A stretch of 64,000 bases of DNA. Source: Eledone cirrhosa (taxonomy: Eukaryota). Positions 1 to 13,699 of this stretch are shown in pieces. The position numbers were made by a program, and so were the translations under genes. The DNA lies in contig OZ024740.1 of the NCBI GenBank assembly GCA_964016885.1, forward strand, positions 361,088,001 to 361,152,000, in the 5' to 3' direction. The notes under the pieces are model-generated. The model made no database searches, had not been told where the DNA came from, and saw only the letters and a list, made by a program, of their open reading frames with translations. Position 1 is the first letter of the stretch. Each line of letters opens with the position of its first letter.

Positions 1-799
1 GCTCAATCTGCTAGGAATTATACTATCAGTCCTAAAAATGACAGATTACATAATGTAGTCCTAGATACAATTTGTCTGGAGAAAAGAGAACAACAAAGCT
101 GGGGTCATAAAGCCTAGAAGGTGTTTGGTTATACGTATGTTTGATCAGAGCTGATCTGGGGTTAATAACAGTACACGACCCACGTGTATTCACGCTCCGG
201 TGAAATGTGTTACAAACTTATTTTTCAATAAATTATGTTTACAAAAATATTCAAGCGATAAATTACCTCTTTTTAACCATTCAACATCGATGCATCTGAA
301 GCCGATTGTATGTGGAAAGAACTAGCACAGATTTTCGCACTTTAGTGAGTTTACTTCGATCACAGTTAATATATTTGTAACAGATGCAAAGCCACCAACG
401 TACACAGATGAGTGTAGATCAATTAAACAGACTCCAATTGTTATCGATAGTTAATATAATTCGTAAAATAAAATAAATTGTCGTGTTGTTATGAGAGATG
501 AGTTCTGATGGATAGAACTGAAGGATGTTTTTCTAGTGAAGCCAACAAGAACTTAAATATCCAAAACGACCGACAGGAAGAAAGCGGTGTAAGATTTTTG
601 GTGTCACCTTTTAAGTTTTTATTTTTATTTTTGCTGGTTTCAATTATTAGAGTGCGGATCATGCTGGGGCATCGATTTGAAGGGATTTAGTGAATCATGG
701 CGACCCCAGAACTTTTGAAGTCTGGTACTTTATCGATCTTATCTTGTTGAACATTATGGGGCATACCGCACCACCACAAACAATATATATATATATATA

Positions 800-1030
800 A
801 TAATAATAATAAATTTGAAGACTAAAATCCAAAGAGGGCTCGATAAGGATAAATATATATCAAATATAACCGTAGAGCAATATATATATTTAACGAGTGA
901 TTAAAATAACACAGTACTTAAAGCAATCAAATATGAACACTCAATACGTATATGTAAAGTGTACGCTACATTTTCTGAGTAGAAAAATAGCAGTGACTTC
1001 GAAATTCTAGCTTGGTGGCTTCATCTGGCT
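800..1030 (-). mobile_element. 3' end of Penelope-type pLTR family H2 (degenerate)
   Basis: 811-880 is the reverse complement of the 3' end at 56088-56160 (ttgctctacggt...gagccctctttggattttagtcttcaa + (TTA)n). Confidence 0.65.
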
Positions 1031-1033
1031 GCC

Positions 1034-1328
1034 TATATACTACTAAAACTACAGTCAAAACGGCGCATAATGGGAAAATACTTTGAAAGGAAGTTGCCTC
1101 TGAAATGGGAATACAAATGGAATAAAACAAGTTTCGCGTAAATCGGAGAGCGGGTTCCCGAGATATGGGGTTTTCCGGGTACCTTCATAAAGAGATAATG
1201 GTTGTGAGAGAGTAGATTGAAAGAGAGAGAAGGAAAATGGAAGAGAGAGAGAGAGCTGTAAAAATTATTTTTAAGTGAACATGATTTTTTTAAAATATGT
1301 TGAAATAAACGTGACACGGGTGGTCTAG
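1034..1328 (+). mobile_element. Non-autonomous Helitron-like element
   Basis: Ends ...cgggtggtCTAG|t in TA context; internal (GA)n; homologous minus-strand copies at 11105-11466 and 11810-12120; subterminal hairpin tgaccc-aac-gggtca visible in the partial copy at ~11478-11492. Confidence 0.65.
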
Positions 1329-1624
1329 TATATTATAACGGGCTCCTAGTTTCATGCTACCAAATTTCACTCAAAACCTTGGTCAACTCATTGTACATCT
1401 TTTAATTATAATGGAAATTATAAACAACAGCAGTTAAGGTTTACGACTGTGTGTAGTTTTCGATATCAATACAAAAAGTTCTACAATTCCATCATTATTA
1501 CCACATAAAATACTTAATAAATGCCCAAGTATACTAAAATTAATATAAGTTGTTAATAGCCGTGAAGCTACATCAATGGCCCAACATCCTACAGTTTCAT
1601 GTTTTAAAAGGCACTGATCCAACA

Positions 1625-1678
1625 ATCAGTTTGAAAAGTGCCCCGAAGGACGAAACTCCAGGCTCTTAGGCCACTGAT
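1625..1678 (+). ncRNA. Type-I hammerhead-like motif, U3-A8 core, cleavage triplet mutated (GCC)
   Basis: ATCAGT-TTGAAAA-gtgccccgaaggac-GAAAC-tccaggctcttag-GCC-ACTGAT; perfect 6-bp stem I, weak stem III. Confidence 0.55.
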
Positions 1679-2869
1679 GTATCTTCTGAGTTTATATATA
1701 TATACATTATATATATATATATATATCACTCGACTCGTACTCATGTATTGAGTTATATTTCTTCCGTTTGTGCAATTAAGCATACGTATGAGTGTGTGAG
1801 ACAAGATGGAGTGAATAGAACACAAACAAAACGAGGAGGGGATACAGCGGAGCAAGAATGGTTATTGGATGTGTAACGAAAGATATTTAATTAAATAACC
1901 ATAAAGTTACTAAGCTAACCGAGAAATGGATTAGTTACCTGACTAAACCGAAAGTCAACTGTTGCGTGTAACCCTCCCTAAGTATAACAATATCCTTTTC
2001 GGCACTCTTAGTTCAAATCCCGCCGAAGTCAACTTTGCCTTTCATCCATTCGAGGTCGATAAAAAAAAGTACCAGTCAATACTGGGGTCAGTTCTTTCTC
2101 ACTCTCCATCTTTCTCTTGAAGAAATCTGCTGTATTCAGACATGAAGTGGTGATGGGCTCCGCCAGGTTTTAAAATGCCCTAGAAACGCCTCTACGACTG
2201 CATTAGGAGTTATGAGACACACATAGAGAGAGAGAGAGAGAGAGAGAGAATGTACTGTAATTTGGTAAAGAATATCCAAAACTAGGAGAGCACTTAATCT
2301 GTGGGACGAGTTTGGGTATACAGATATTTATTACACTAATGTTCGTCTGCTATGAATATAAGCTTACATTCTTAGTCGCTTCAGTCACAAACCCCGGTAC
2401 TGCAGCCCGCAATGCAGAGGAAAGGAAGACAAGCAAATACCGGTCGCTTCCTCTTCGCACCGGTCACCGTCGTGATCTCAGGTGTCCTCGGACCCCCGCA
2501 CTGCTGAGCTCCTCCGTAAAATCGGATCGCCAGCAGCCTGTCTGAGGAAGGAACCCCGCGAGGAGGGTGACTGTTGCTGGCCATTGTCCGCGGGGCGCTG
2601 CCCAAACACCGCCCCGCCCAGGCATAGTGCCTATCACCCTCCCCTTTCCACCTTCCTTTCTTCTGTGGCCACAATTGGCCTTGCTTTTTCCCTCTCATTT
2701 ATTGCCCTTTCTCCTACTTTCCTAGTCAGATTGGCCCTTCTTTACCACTTCCCTCCTTTGTTCGTTGCTTGGATTGGTTTTTATCACTTTTTCTTCTTTT
2801 TCTTTCATATTTCCAATGCTATTTATACAATTGTGAATTGATTTATTGTCTGTCATTATATTAGATTTC

Positions 2870-3445
2870 CTTGCCATTCTGAGTTCAAATCCCGCCAAGG
2901 TTAACTTTGCCTTTCATCCTTACGGGGTCGATAAAACAAAGTACCAGTAATGTACTAGTTAATTTGCTGACCTTGTGCCAATAGTAGAAACAATTATATT
3001 AGATTTAACTTGGATTGGCAGTATCGGTAGAAGGTCGGACGCCATGCTTTCCAGCATAGTTACGTCCCTTTGCGGTCTGAGTTCAAATCTCGCCGAGGTT
3101 AACTTTGCCTTTCATCCTTATGGGGTCGATAAAATAAAGTACCAGTAATGTACTGGATAATTGATGGTCGTGTGCCAAAAAGTAGAAACAATTATATTAG
3201 ATTTAACTTTGCCTTTCATCCTTACGGGGTTGATAAAATAAAGTACGAGTAATACACTGTGATAATTGCTGGCCTTGTGCCCAAAGTAGAAACAATTATA
3301 TTAGATACTTATTTATACAACAACAAAAAAATAATTGTTTCTACTTTTGACACAAGGCCAGTAATTATCCAGTACATTACTGGTACTTTATTTTATCGAC
3401 CCCGTAAGGATGAAAGGCAAAGTTAACCTCGGCGGGATTTGAACA
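2870..3445. mobile_element. Cluster of tRNA-derived SINE copies and fragments (three direct, one inverted)
   Basis: A-box-like tggcagtatcggt (3016), B-box-like gagttcaaatc, conserved body ctttgcctttcatccttacggggtcgataaaataaagtaccag. Further copies at ~2009-2090, 12660-12830, 13160-13510, 42585-42670, 46977-47092, 48338-48452. Confidence 0.85.
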
Positions 3446-3523
3446 AAAGAAAATAATAATAATTTAGGGCCTAACTCAGAAAAACCTGAAATAAGCAGTC
3501 TACTTAAATGACAGTACGGCTGA

Positions 3524-3680
3524 GTACAGATTAAAGTTTAAGAAGATCCCATAATGGGGTGAAAGCAGCGGTTCTTTGCTTAAACTTCAATCTGTACTAA
3601 TAATAAATATTTCTGCGGGTTTATATATACAATCCTTATCGAGCCCTCTTCAGATTTTGGTCTTTGTAATTATTATTACT
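3524..3680 (+). mobile_element. Truncated pLTR family H2 copy with short 5' inverted arm and 3' part of the hammerhead
   Basis: agaagatccc-ataat-ggggt-GAAA-gca...tgctt-aaac homologous to 56018-56070; gtacagattaaagtttaag (3524) is an inverted copy of the downstream segment. Confidence 0.65.
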
Positions 3681-4512
3681 ATATATATATATATATGTGT
3701 GTGTGTACACATGTAAAAATAAGACAATGGTTAAAGATCATAAGATGTTATGAATCACTTTCCAAAATATAGTACGAGTTATTAGATAGCATAAATTGAA
3801 AGGTTTTGAAATATTACATATATATGTGTGTGTGTGTGTGTATAAAACGGAGCTCTTTGATATAGAGATCGTAAGACCGACTTAAATGTTTACAAAGAAA
3901 TTTCTAAAAAGATACGTTCTCACAATTAATTCTTCAAATTTCCCGCCATGCTACCGTTTCAATTTTGGCAAGACATTTGGCTACATTTCAAATTTGGCAA
4001 GACATTGGATACATTTAAAAAAATAAAAACATTCATTTAAAAACAAAAATGATAGTTATTTACCTGCAATTCCAGGAGAAGAAAAAAAGATGTTACAAAA
4101 CCACAATTGCCTCTCGTTCTCTATAACTTTATTTAAATTATTGTAAATGTCAGAAAAAGTAACAATAGACGTTAAGCTGTTAGCAGGATATTTTGGGTTA
4201 TCTCCCCTGTATATTACCCACTTCGCTCTCAAAGCACTCGTTCTTTTCGGGGCGAGGGGGGGGGGGTAATGTTAATGGAGGAATTAGGTCTATTCTTTTT
4301 CTCTTTATTTTATTTTGTTGTCCTTGGTTGTCTGACAGTGTGAGAGTACTGTTATATTCTATTTATTTACTGGTTATTGTTTGTGCGTGTCTGCTTTTAA
4401 GTTTAATATTCCTTCTACAATATTATTTAAACTAAAAGCTTATATATATTATATTTAATATATATGAATGGGATTTGGAGATATCTCTTCGTTTATTTGT
4501 TCATTTAATAAA

Positions 4513-5010
4513 TGAAACTTTGGTAAATTTATAGAAAAACACCCGCACCGATTTCAAGGCGAAATAATTTTTTCGTGTTTTTTTTTCCTTTTCCGCGTGA
4601 AATGAATTAAACTTACCTCCTAAAATGCTGCAAAGGACTGTTTTCCCGGAAAAGAGAGGGGACCTCCGATGCCCCCCCCCCCTCCTACGAGTTTTCTTTA
4701 CCATTTTTTTCCCCTTGGTTCTTTCGTATGCTACCAACTAATCTTATCGAACATGCTGCAAAGGACATTTTCCCCGGAGGTTTTTTTTTCCCTATAACTC
4801 CAACCCAAACCCTTACCCCGGGGAGGGGGAAACCTCGGACTTCCTCCTCCGTTTTCCGAGGGTCCCCTTTCCTTTTTCTCGGAAAAGAAGTTCTTTGCAG
4901 CATATTAGAGGGTAAGTTTAATTGATAGCACACGAAAAAAAAACACAGGAAAATTATTTCCTACTGAAATCGGTGGTGGTGGTGGTTTTATATAAGACCA
5001 AAACTTTTCC
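4513..5010. mobile_element. MITE/foldback element with ~150-bp degenerate terminal inverted repeats
   Basis: caccgatttca...aattaaacttacc-ctaaaatgctgcaaag (4546-4635) is the inverse of ctttgcagcatattagagggtaagtttaatt...tgaaatcggtg (4893-4975). Confidence 0.7.
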
Positions 5011-5199
5011 CATCTCTTGTAAAAAGAAAAAACAAATCCCGAAAATTCTACTATATTGCAAAAGTAATAACTACCATAGAATTATATATTCTAACAAGCA
5101 AATGGTTGGTATCAAATTATACAATTTTTATGATTTATGAAAAGAACAATTCAATAAAAAAAAAAGGTCAGGAAGAAGAGAAAGGAGAGAAGACAGTCA

Positions 5200-5510
5200 C
5201 TCAATTGCATGCTTAAGCAGGGAATGCTAATGTTGCTCTCTCATTTTTTAAGGCACAGCGTTACCATAGTTGATATAAAGGCTAAGGTGCTGGAATAGAC
5301 AAGCGCCCTTAACCTAATACTTCAGTAAGGCAAGAGCAGCCATCAAAGACAAGAACGTTGAAATCAGTGGCCCAGCTTCCGTGAATGTCTCGAATGTCAC
5401 AGGCTGATTAATCATAGTAATACATTAGTATATTGTATGTAACTATGGATATTGGGACCTGTACGTTTGCTGCAGGATGTGAGGAGTAGCTGACAGTAAC
5501 ATCCTAAATG
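5200..5510 (-). mobile_element. Degenerate CRE-like non-LTR retrotransposon C-terminus (RLE region)
   Basis: Minus-strand translation gives QPVTFET...GP...FL...LFQHLSL...GNA; similar to 47440-47870. Confidence 0.55.
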
Positions 5511-5863
5511 AGGCATCTACCTACCTATATATATCATCATCATTGTTTAACGTCTATTTTCCAGGCTAACATGGGTTAGGCGGGTTTGTCCCATTAGAAG
5601 CAAGTTGGGTCAGGTGACCGTGTCTTGCTCATATATATGGTATGATATGGTATACCTGATGGAATCATAGGAGTGACGTAGTGACGTTTCTTGGGCATTT
5701 TATGTCTGATGGAGCCCAGGTCTCAACAACAGATTTCTTCTAGAGAAAGTTAGAAAGTGAGAAAGAACCGACCTCGAAAGGATGAAATGTAAAGGTCAAC
5801 TTTGCCTTTCATATATATATTTATAACGCCCCCCCCCCCCCTCATATATACACACACACACAC

Positions 5864-5942
5864 ACGGGGTGTTCCCAAAAAATGTATACACACTTTAACA
5901 CCATTCTAATCAAAGTGTGTATACATTTTGGGGCGACATATC

Positions 5943-5945
<3 letters not shown>
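5864..5945. mobile_element. Tiny Tc1/mariner-type MITE
   Basis: cccaaaaaatgtatacacacttt / aaagtgtgtatacattttgggg inverted repeats with a ~15-bp spacer, in CA/TA context. Confidence 0.6.
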
Positions 5946-5980
<35 letters not shown>

Positions 5981-6944
5981 AGGGGTATGTATGTATAAAA
6001 GTATAAAAGCTATTTTTCAGCTTTGGTATTCTTCTGTTTGGTATGTTTCTACTTACCTCCATTGTATGACAGAAACTCATTAATCACTTTTGTTGGTGGT
6101 GGTGGTGTTCATAGTGAGTGGGAAGGGGCACAACAACTATTGCTGAAGAACTGAATTCATGTGTGCCTGAATAGCTTTGTATGCTTGAGTGTTTGTGTTC
6201 ATGTATACATGGGTGCATACATTTGAAAGTAATGCATGTATGCCTGTGGTTGTATGGATGTATGTAGTATGACTGTAACACAGTCATATTTGCCAGCTAA
6301 AGAGAAAGACCTCCATGACAATAAGTCTAAGTTAGTAAAGATAGCAGGATGTGAAATGTCTGCATCAAGATACATTCTGCTGAAAATCGAGGGGGTATAA
6401 AGATGTTCACTTTCTTGATTTTTCAATAACTACCTTAACACTTTTGCTATCATATTTCCAATGAAATACACTACCAATGTGTTTTGATTATTTTGAAAGT
6501 AATAAAAAGAATTTGAAGAATTTAGTAATATAACTAACTTTTACATTATTATGCTGATGTTTGGGATCTTAGTTAAACATTTCTTACGTAAAATTATGAT
6601 GGAATGTTTTAAAGTGGGCACTTTTATATCATAGAACAGGGGCAATTTGATGCAGGTTGATAGAATTAGTCCTTTTAATACCAAAATAATTGAAGCTGTC
6701 CTTGGTTCCATGATATGAAGCTCTTTATTTTAAAGTATTTATATTTATCTAAAAACTTTCCATTATAATTTTATGTAAAAACCTTTAAGTTATGTTCTAA
6801 ACATCAGCTTAACTATTTGATACCAAACTACCTGAAATCACCCCTGATTCTTTTTTCTTCCCTCTCCCCCAAGCAAGACACTAAAGCCACTAAAATGTAA
6901 GGGGTTACTGAGAAGGAAGGACAAGAGAGAGAAAATATAATTCA

Positions 6945-8540
6945 AGGAGAAAGATGATGACTGGTGTTGCTTTTGAATTTTTGCAAATTGCAGTGGTCAG
7001 GAAAGCAAGAAGCTGGAAGAGAATTCCATAGGTGAGATGAACAAGGGAAGAAACTATCAATATATTTTGTTATTATATTTAGGAACTTCAACTGTGAATG
7101 GATGAGAACTAGCCACCAATCCAGTGCTCTGTTTGAATTCATGAAAATGAATCAACAATGATAAAAACTCATCACAACAATTCTCATGAATTTATTTAGA
7201 AAACAGGTACAGAGAAGCAGCATTTCAATGGTGTGAAAGTGATTGAAGCTGACATGATAAGTCAAGACCAGTAATTTTGATTTTTCTTTGGATATTATCC
7301 AGACTCTGAAGGTGCATAGCAGAAGCATCAGACCATTTGTGGCAATAGTACTCAATACAAGGGTGAATTGTAGATTTATAAAGATATTTTCTGGCATGAA
7401 ACATTGTTGACACAATACGGCAAGCTAACTTCCTGGGCAGCAGACTTCACAATCGACATGATATAAAAATGATTAAATGATAGCAGCTTAGTCTTTGGTG
7501 CATTAACCCTTTAGCATTTAAACTGGCCATATCTGGCCAGAATTCTCTCACTTCTTTCTGTTCAAACTAGTCATAATCAGCTGCTTACACATTTGTTAAG
7601 GCATTGTTCTCAAAATAAATAATATCAAAATCTTGTAGCTTCGATATTATGTAAGGTAAAGCCTTTGCCGTGAAAATACAATAGTAAATATAGAGTACTG
7701 TAAATGCTAAAGGGTTAAAGGTAACAAGACATTTCATGCCCCATTCAACAACAAATCAAAGGCCATATTCAAGATCAGTTGCCAATTCCACTTTATCAAA
7801 CCATTTAGACTAAAGATGTGAGTTATCAGCATAGATACTGAGCTGAGAAAATATGTCATTGAGAAGATCATTGATGAAAAATTAAGAACAGTATAGGACC
7901 CAGGATAGAGGCCTGAGGGACTGGTCATTCAAGACCACCTTCAGTTCTTGATTTGATAAGAAAGACTCTATCCATTTGAAAATCTGTTTAGAAACACCGT
8001 AACTTTGCAACTTATGAAAGAGAGCAGCATGCAAAACCCTTTCAAAAGTCTTAAAATATCTATTCACCAAATTTATCTAAAGCACGGCTGACTCTCTCAG
8101 CAATAACTATTTAGACATCAGCAGTTGATAATGAGAAACAAAAGCCATACTGTTTATCTGAAATAAGATTCAGCTAGATAAGGGCTTAAACAATTCAAAA
8201 TTAAGTAATGCCTCAAATACTTTGTCAAAAAGAGGCAGAAGATTAAAAGGATGATAGTTAGAAGGATCAGACGGTTCCCTAGAGTTCTGAAAAACTGGAA
8301 CAACAGAAGACGATTTCCTACAAGATGGAAAGTAAGAATCAACAAGGCAATTATTGTAAAGTGCAGACAAAACAGGAGCTAGTTCAGGAGAACAATTCTG
8401 CAAGACTATGATGGGAATACCACATGCTTTATGGAGATCAAGATTTGAGATGACATCAGAAACCATGGTGAGAGTGATATGCATACTGCACAGTAATATA
8501 TTAGTTCAAAGTGGAAAGTCAGGCAAAGATGTTCCAGATA
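6945..8540 (-). mobile_element. Decayed CR1/L2-group LINE (RT and C-terminus)
   Basis: ORF fragments CSPELAPVLSALYN..PSNYHP, LFHKLQSYGV..WIESFLSN, YKSTIHPCIEYYC, FFP..HLWNSLP. Confidence 0.85.
7507..7714. mobile_element. piggyBac-type MITE nested in the LINE
   Basis: Perfect 14-bp TIR CCCTTTAGCATTTA/TAAATGCTAAAGGG flanked by TTAA on both sides. Confidence 0.85.
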
Positions 8541-8714
8541 AGTCAAGAGTAGAGTTAGAAGAAAATCTCTGTTTATTTTAAAGTATATGCATTCATCTAA
8601 AAACCTTCCATCACAATTTTATGTAAGATCCTTTACACGTTAAATTATATTCCCAAAATTCACTTACTAATAAGGAAGTTAAATGTATTAGTAAATCCTG
8701 CCAAATTCTTGATC

Positions 8715-9640
8715 ATTATCATCATCATCAACATCTTCTGCTTCACCCTCTTATTCCTGAGAGGGTCATGGGGGCAGAGGCCTCAAACACTCCTTCCAGT
8801 GGGTCCTGTCAGAAGCAACCATTTCCAACTGATCCAGCAGGATACCCAAGCAAGACCAGTCAAGATCATGGATGTTATCCAACCATCTTGCTTGGGGTCT
8901 ACCTCTTGGTCTCCTGCTGGTTGGTTTTGCCCGTAAAATCTGTCCAGCGATTCTTTCGTAAGACATTCTGACCACATGTCCATATTATCAGAACTGATCT
9001 CTCAATTCGGAGAAGTAGTGGCTCTACCTGGAGTGACTCTCTGATCTCAGAGCTACGCAGTTTATCGAGTAACATAACTCTAAAGACTCTTTGGAGGAAC
9101 CCCATTTTGGCCGCTTATATTCGCAATAACATTCTTTCAGTCATTACCCAAAATTCATGACCAAAGGTAAGGGTTGGCACAAATAACAAGCTTTTACGCC
9201 TACCTCCCTAATTACTGAATGCTGAAGCTGGTGCATTGCTGCATCAGCTCCTGAAACTCTTACACTTAATTCAGCCTCCTGCCTCCCATCACTCATGAGC
9301 ACGGTCCTAACATACTTGAACTTCTCTACTTGCTCAGTGGAACTCCATTCACATGTAAAGTGCACAGCACAGGCTTCTTTGAGAGGATGAGTATCTCAGT
9401 TTTCGCAGTACTGATTTTCATTCCAGCCATGCAGCAATCAGCATCAAACCTATCGAGTGGAGACCACTTTCTGTCGAGTTAAGTAACAGCATGTCATCTG
9501 CAAATTCCAGCCGAGTGATTTCACACCCACCAGTCCTGATACCACTTTTAACCCGGCTGTGCATGTCAATCCTGTTCTTGTAAATAATTAACAGGAGAGG
9601 TGATAGTATGCATCCTTGGTGGAGTCTGACTCCCACATTG
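8715..9640 (-). mobile_element. Decayed RTE (Rex3/Expander-like) 3' part
   Basis: LHQGCILSPLL, FADD, EQVEKFKY, VEPLLLRIERS, RPRGRP.RW; (ATG)n tail at ~8715. Confidence 0.85.
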
Positions 9641-9864
9641 ATTATTTTCAAAATTATTTGGAAATCGTTGAAAGTGTCTTTCATTAACAAAAGAATTAAC
9701 ATGAATCCAGTCATTTATTTATCAACCCCAGACTATTAAGAGTAGAATCACATGGGTTCACATGGGATTGGGATGAGGGCAAAATAAATATTTGAAAACT
9801 AAGATTCACAGAAAACATTGACCTAGAATCATTAGAGGAAGATATATGTTCCCTGCTCCTATAT

Positions 9865-10095
<231 letters not shown>

Positions 10096-11104
10096 ATGTG
10101 GGTGTGGGTGTGTTTACATGCTGCTTATTTTTGTTTTTCTTTCTCATATTTCTTAAGTTTCATCACTGCATAAATTGGTATCTGGGGCAGTATAAGAAGA
10201 GGACAAAATAATGCAGAATTTGGGGTTTGGGATGTTAGTAAGGAGATGAGATGAAGTAGGGTGGGCAGGTGACTTATACAGGAATTGAACTGCATTTTGT
10301 ACCTTGCAGGTACATCTGTCCACTTTTTTCCCCTCTCTAACTTTTATTTATAATGATCAACTATTATTATAATCATTTGCATTGTAACGACTACATTTCA
10401 AATTTTCCAAATGTTTCATAAATCAACCAGATGTGTACAGTTATAGTATTAGTATCATTAGTGTTACTATTATTATTTGGTTAGTCCTAGAATTTCTTGG
10501 TTTAGTAGGTCCTTGTGTCTTTTAGTATTATTTCTTAAAATTAACAAAGAGATATCACACACACATAGGTGCATATGCACACACACACACATATATATAT
10601 ATACACACACACTCACATATATAGCAGCATTGTATATGCTTTCATATACGCCTATATAAATATGTACATGTACACACATATTTATATAAGTGGAAAGCCA
10701 CTGAAAAGTCTGAGATGCAACAACTGCAACATCAGAGGCTCTACATATCTACTCGACCAGCTATAAATAGCAACTAAATCTTACTCTAATAACAGCCTAC
10801 TGACTGTAAAAGATGTAAGGCTACAATGGATAAGCTAAACTGGGGTAGGAAAAAGATGAAAACAGGGTGATCATACTTGGGATAGCTTTAATCATAGCTT
10901 ACACATCACAGTTACGTTGGAGCTAAACAGCAATAACAGTGTGTGTGTGTTGGACCTATGTCCAATGATGAGTGTTCCAGTTTTTTTAACAATGGAACAG
11001 CTTGCATATTATACTTATGTACTCTCTAAAATGCTCAGTTATCATATAAATAAAAATAAATGCTAACCGTGTATTTTAGAGAATACATAATATTCTATTA
11101 TATA

Positions 11105-11202
11105 CTAGACCACCCATGACCCAATATTTTTTGAAAATCATGTTCACTTAAAAATAATTTTACAGCTCTCTCACTCACTCTCTGTCTGTCTCTCTCTCTC
11201 TC

Positions 11203-11254
<52 letters not shown>

Positions 11255-11723
11255 AATCTACTCTCTCACAACCACTCTTTCTCTCTATTTATGAAGGTAC
11301 CTGGAAAAACCCTGTATCACGGGAACCCGATTTAAGCGAAACTTGTTTTATTCCATTTGTATTCTCATTTCAGGGGCAACTTCCTTTCAAAGTATTTTCC
11401 CATTAAGTGTCGTTTTGGCTGTATTAAATTACAGATAAGACACAATCACATAGTTTTAGTAGTATACTAAACCACTCGTGACCCGTTGGGTCATGTTCAC
11501 TTCAAAATATTTTTTAAAAAACATGTTCACTTAAAAATAATTTTTAAATAATTAAAATATACACAGACATATATATAATGTGAAATGAAACTGGAAGGCC
11601 CATATATATACATGTGCGTATGTATATATATATAAATGTGTGTGTGTGTATATATATATATAGATATGTATGTGTGTGTGTATATATATATATATGGGTC
11701 TCTGATCTATTCACTGGTCATAG

Positions 11724-11760
<37 letters not shown>

Positions 11761-11763
11761 CAA

Positions 11764-11796
<33 letters not shown>

Positions 11797-12120
11797 CACA
11801 ACACCACCAGCTCTCTCTCTCTCTCTCTCTCTCTTCCATTCTCCTTCCCTGTCTCTTCTCCCTCGCTCTATGTCTCTCTTTCAATCTACTCTCTCACAAC
11901 CACTATCTCTTTCTTGCTATCCTTCTCTCTCTCTATTTATGAAGGTACCCAGAAAACCCCATATCTCGGGAACCTGTGCTCCGATTTACACAAAATTTGT
12001 TTTATTCCATTTGTATTCCCATTTCAGGGTCCTTTCAAAGTATTTTCCCATTATGCGCTCTTTTGGCTGTATTACATTACAGACAAGCAAGCAAGCAATC
12101 ACAGAGTTTTAGTAGTATAT
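11105..12120 (-). mobile_element. Two copies plus a partial 3' end of the Helitron-like element seen at 1034-1328
   Basis: Shared tttcaatctactctctcacaaccac...gaaggtacc...ttttagtagtata; CTAG at 11105. Confidence 0.65.
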
Positions 12121-12912
12121 AGATAGATAGCTAGATTTATGCACAAGTTGCTATTATATTTACCGTATATACTAAAATATAAGCCGACCCAACTATTTTA
12201 TGTCTAAGAAATGGGGAATTACCCAAACCATATTTATGTAAAATTTGAAGTTGATGAAAATCGTCAAAATATTGGCCTTGAATATAAGCCAACCCTCCTT
12301 CTACCATCAATTTTTTGGTCACAGGGAGTTTCAATGACAGAATGTGCGACAAAGCTGACCTTTTGAATTATAGGCACAACTTTTTGGCTAGTTAAGTGAA
12401 CTGGAGCAACATGAAATAAAGTGTCTTGTTCAAGGACACAAAATGCTGCTGGGAATCATACTCATGATCTTATGAACATGAAGCAAACACCCTAGCCACT
12501 AAGCCATATATCTTCACACAACACTAACTCTAAGAATAACATCAACTCTACTTCTACTACGACTAAGTTAAACATCTTAGGAATAATCAATTAAATTATA
12601 ATGGAACTAAATACTGCAGTGCTGTATTCTTTCTGTAATTCTATCACATTATTGAAGGGAAGGGGAAAGTCGATCAAATCGATCCCAGTGCATTACTGGT
12701 ACTTAATGTTATCAACCCCATAAAGGTGAAAGGCACAGTACATTTTGACGGGATTTGAACTCAGAAATTTAAAAGGCCGGAATAAATACTGCTAAACATT
12801 TGACCAACAATCTAATGACTTTGTTAACCCACCACCATCACCCTTAATATAATGGTTTCTAAGGTCAGCAGTTTTGAAGAAGGGGAAAGTCAATTTACAT
12901 TGACCCCAGTGT

Positions 12913-13150
12913 GGAGGCACGTGGCCTGGTGTTAAGGGTGTTGGACTCACGATCATAATGTCTTGGGTTCGATTCCTTGTCTGGGTTGCATGTTGTTTTC
13001 TTGAGCAAAACACTTCATTTCACATTACTCCAGTATACTCAGCTGAAAATGAGTACCAGTAATAGCTGGGGCTTTAACCTCGCAATGGACTGGTCTCCTG
13101 TCCAGTGGGTAGTCTTGTACTCTCAGTCGCTTCATGCCATGAAACCAGTG
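12913..13150 (+). mobile_element. tRNA-derived SINE with CORE-like body
   Basis: ggaggcacgtggcctggtgttaagg...ggttcgattcc head, then cttgagcaaaacacttcatttcac. Confidence 0.8.
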
Positions 13151-13699
13151 TTTTATTGGCGATTTATTTTGTTAACCCCAGAAAGAGGCAAAACAAAGTT
13201 GACCTTAGTGAGATTTGAACTCAGAACGTAAAGAGACATAACTAAATACCACAAAGCATTTTGTCTGACACTTAAATGAGTCTACTATTATACCGTCCTT
13301 ATAATTGTTTCTACTTTAGGCACAAGGCCAGCAATTTGAAGGGGTGTGGAAAGTTGATTAAATCAACCTCAGTGCATTACTGAAGCTTTATTTATCGATC
13401 CCATAAGGATAAAAAGCAAAGCTACCAGGATTTGAACTCAGAATGCAAAGGGCCATAACTCTATGTCGCAAAGCATGGTATCTGACGCTCTACCGATACT
13501 GCCTATTTACCATCCTTATCACCCTAATAATAATAACAAGGGTGTCTAATTTAGGTGGAAGGGTAACGATTTGAGAAGTGGAAAGCGATTAAATTGACCC
13601 CAGTACTTGACTATTACTTTATTTTAGTGACACAGAGAGATGATGGCAATAAAGGAAAAAATGTCATCTAGTTGATGTATCAATTCCAACAGATGACAT

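Noticed and set aside
1934-1972. Hammerhead-like GTTAC-CTGACTA-aacc-GAAA...GTAAC
   Set aside because: Stem II is absent, and G8 and the NUH triplet are wrong; could be chance.
2390-2445. Twister-like string ccggt..agcccg..tgcagagg
   Set aside because: No UAA-P2-GC segment, and the pseudoknot bases do not match.
3934-3950. E2F/CHR-like TTCAAATTTCCCGCC
   Set aside because: No linked gene, and it resembles the local SINE motif ttcaaatcccgcc.
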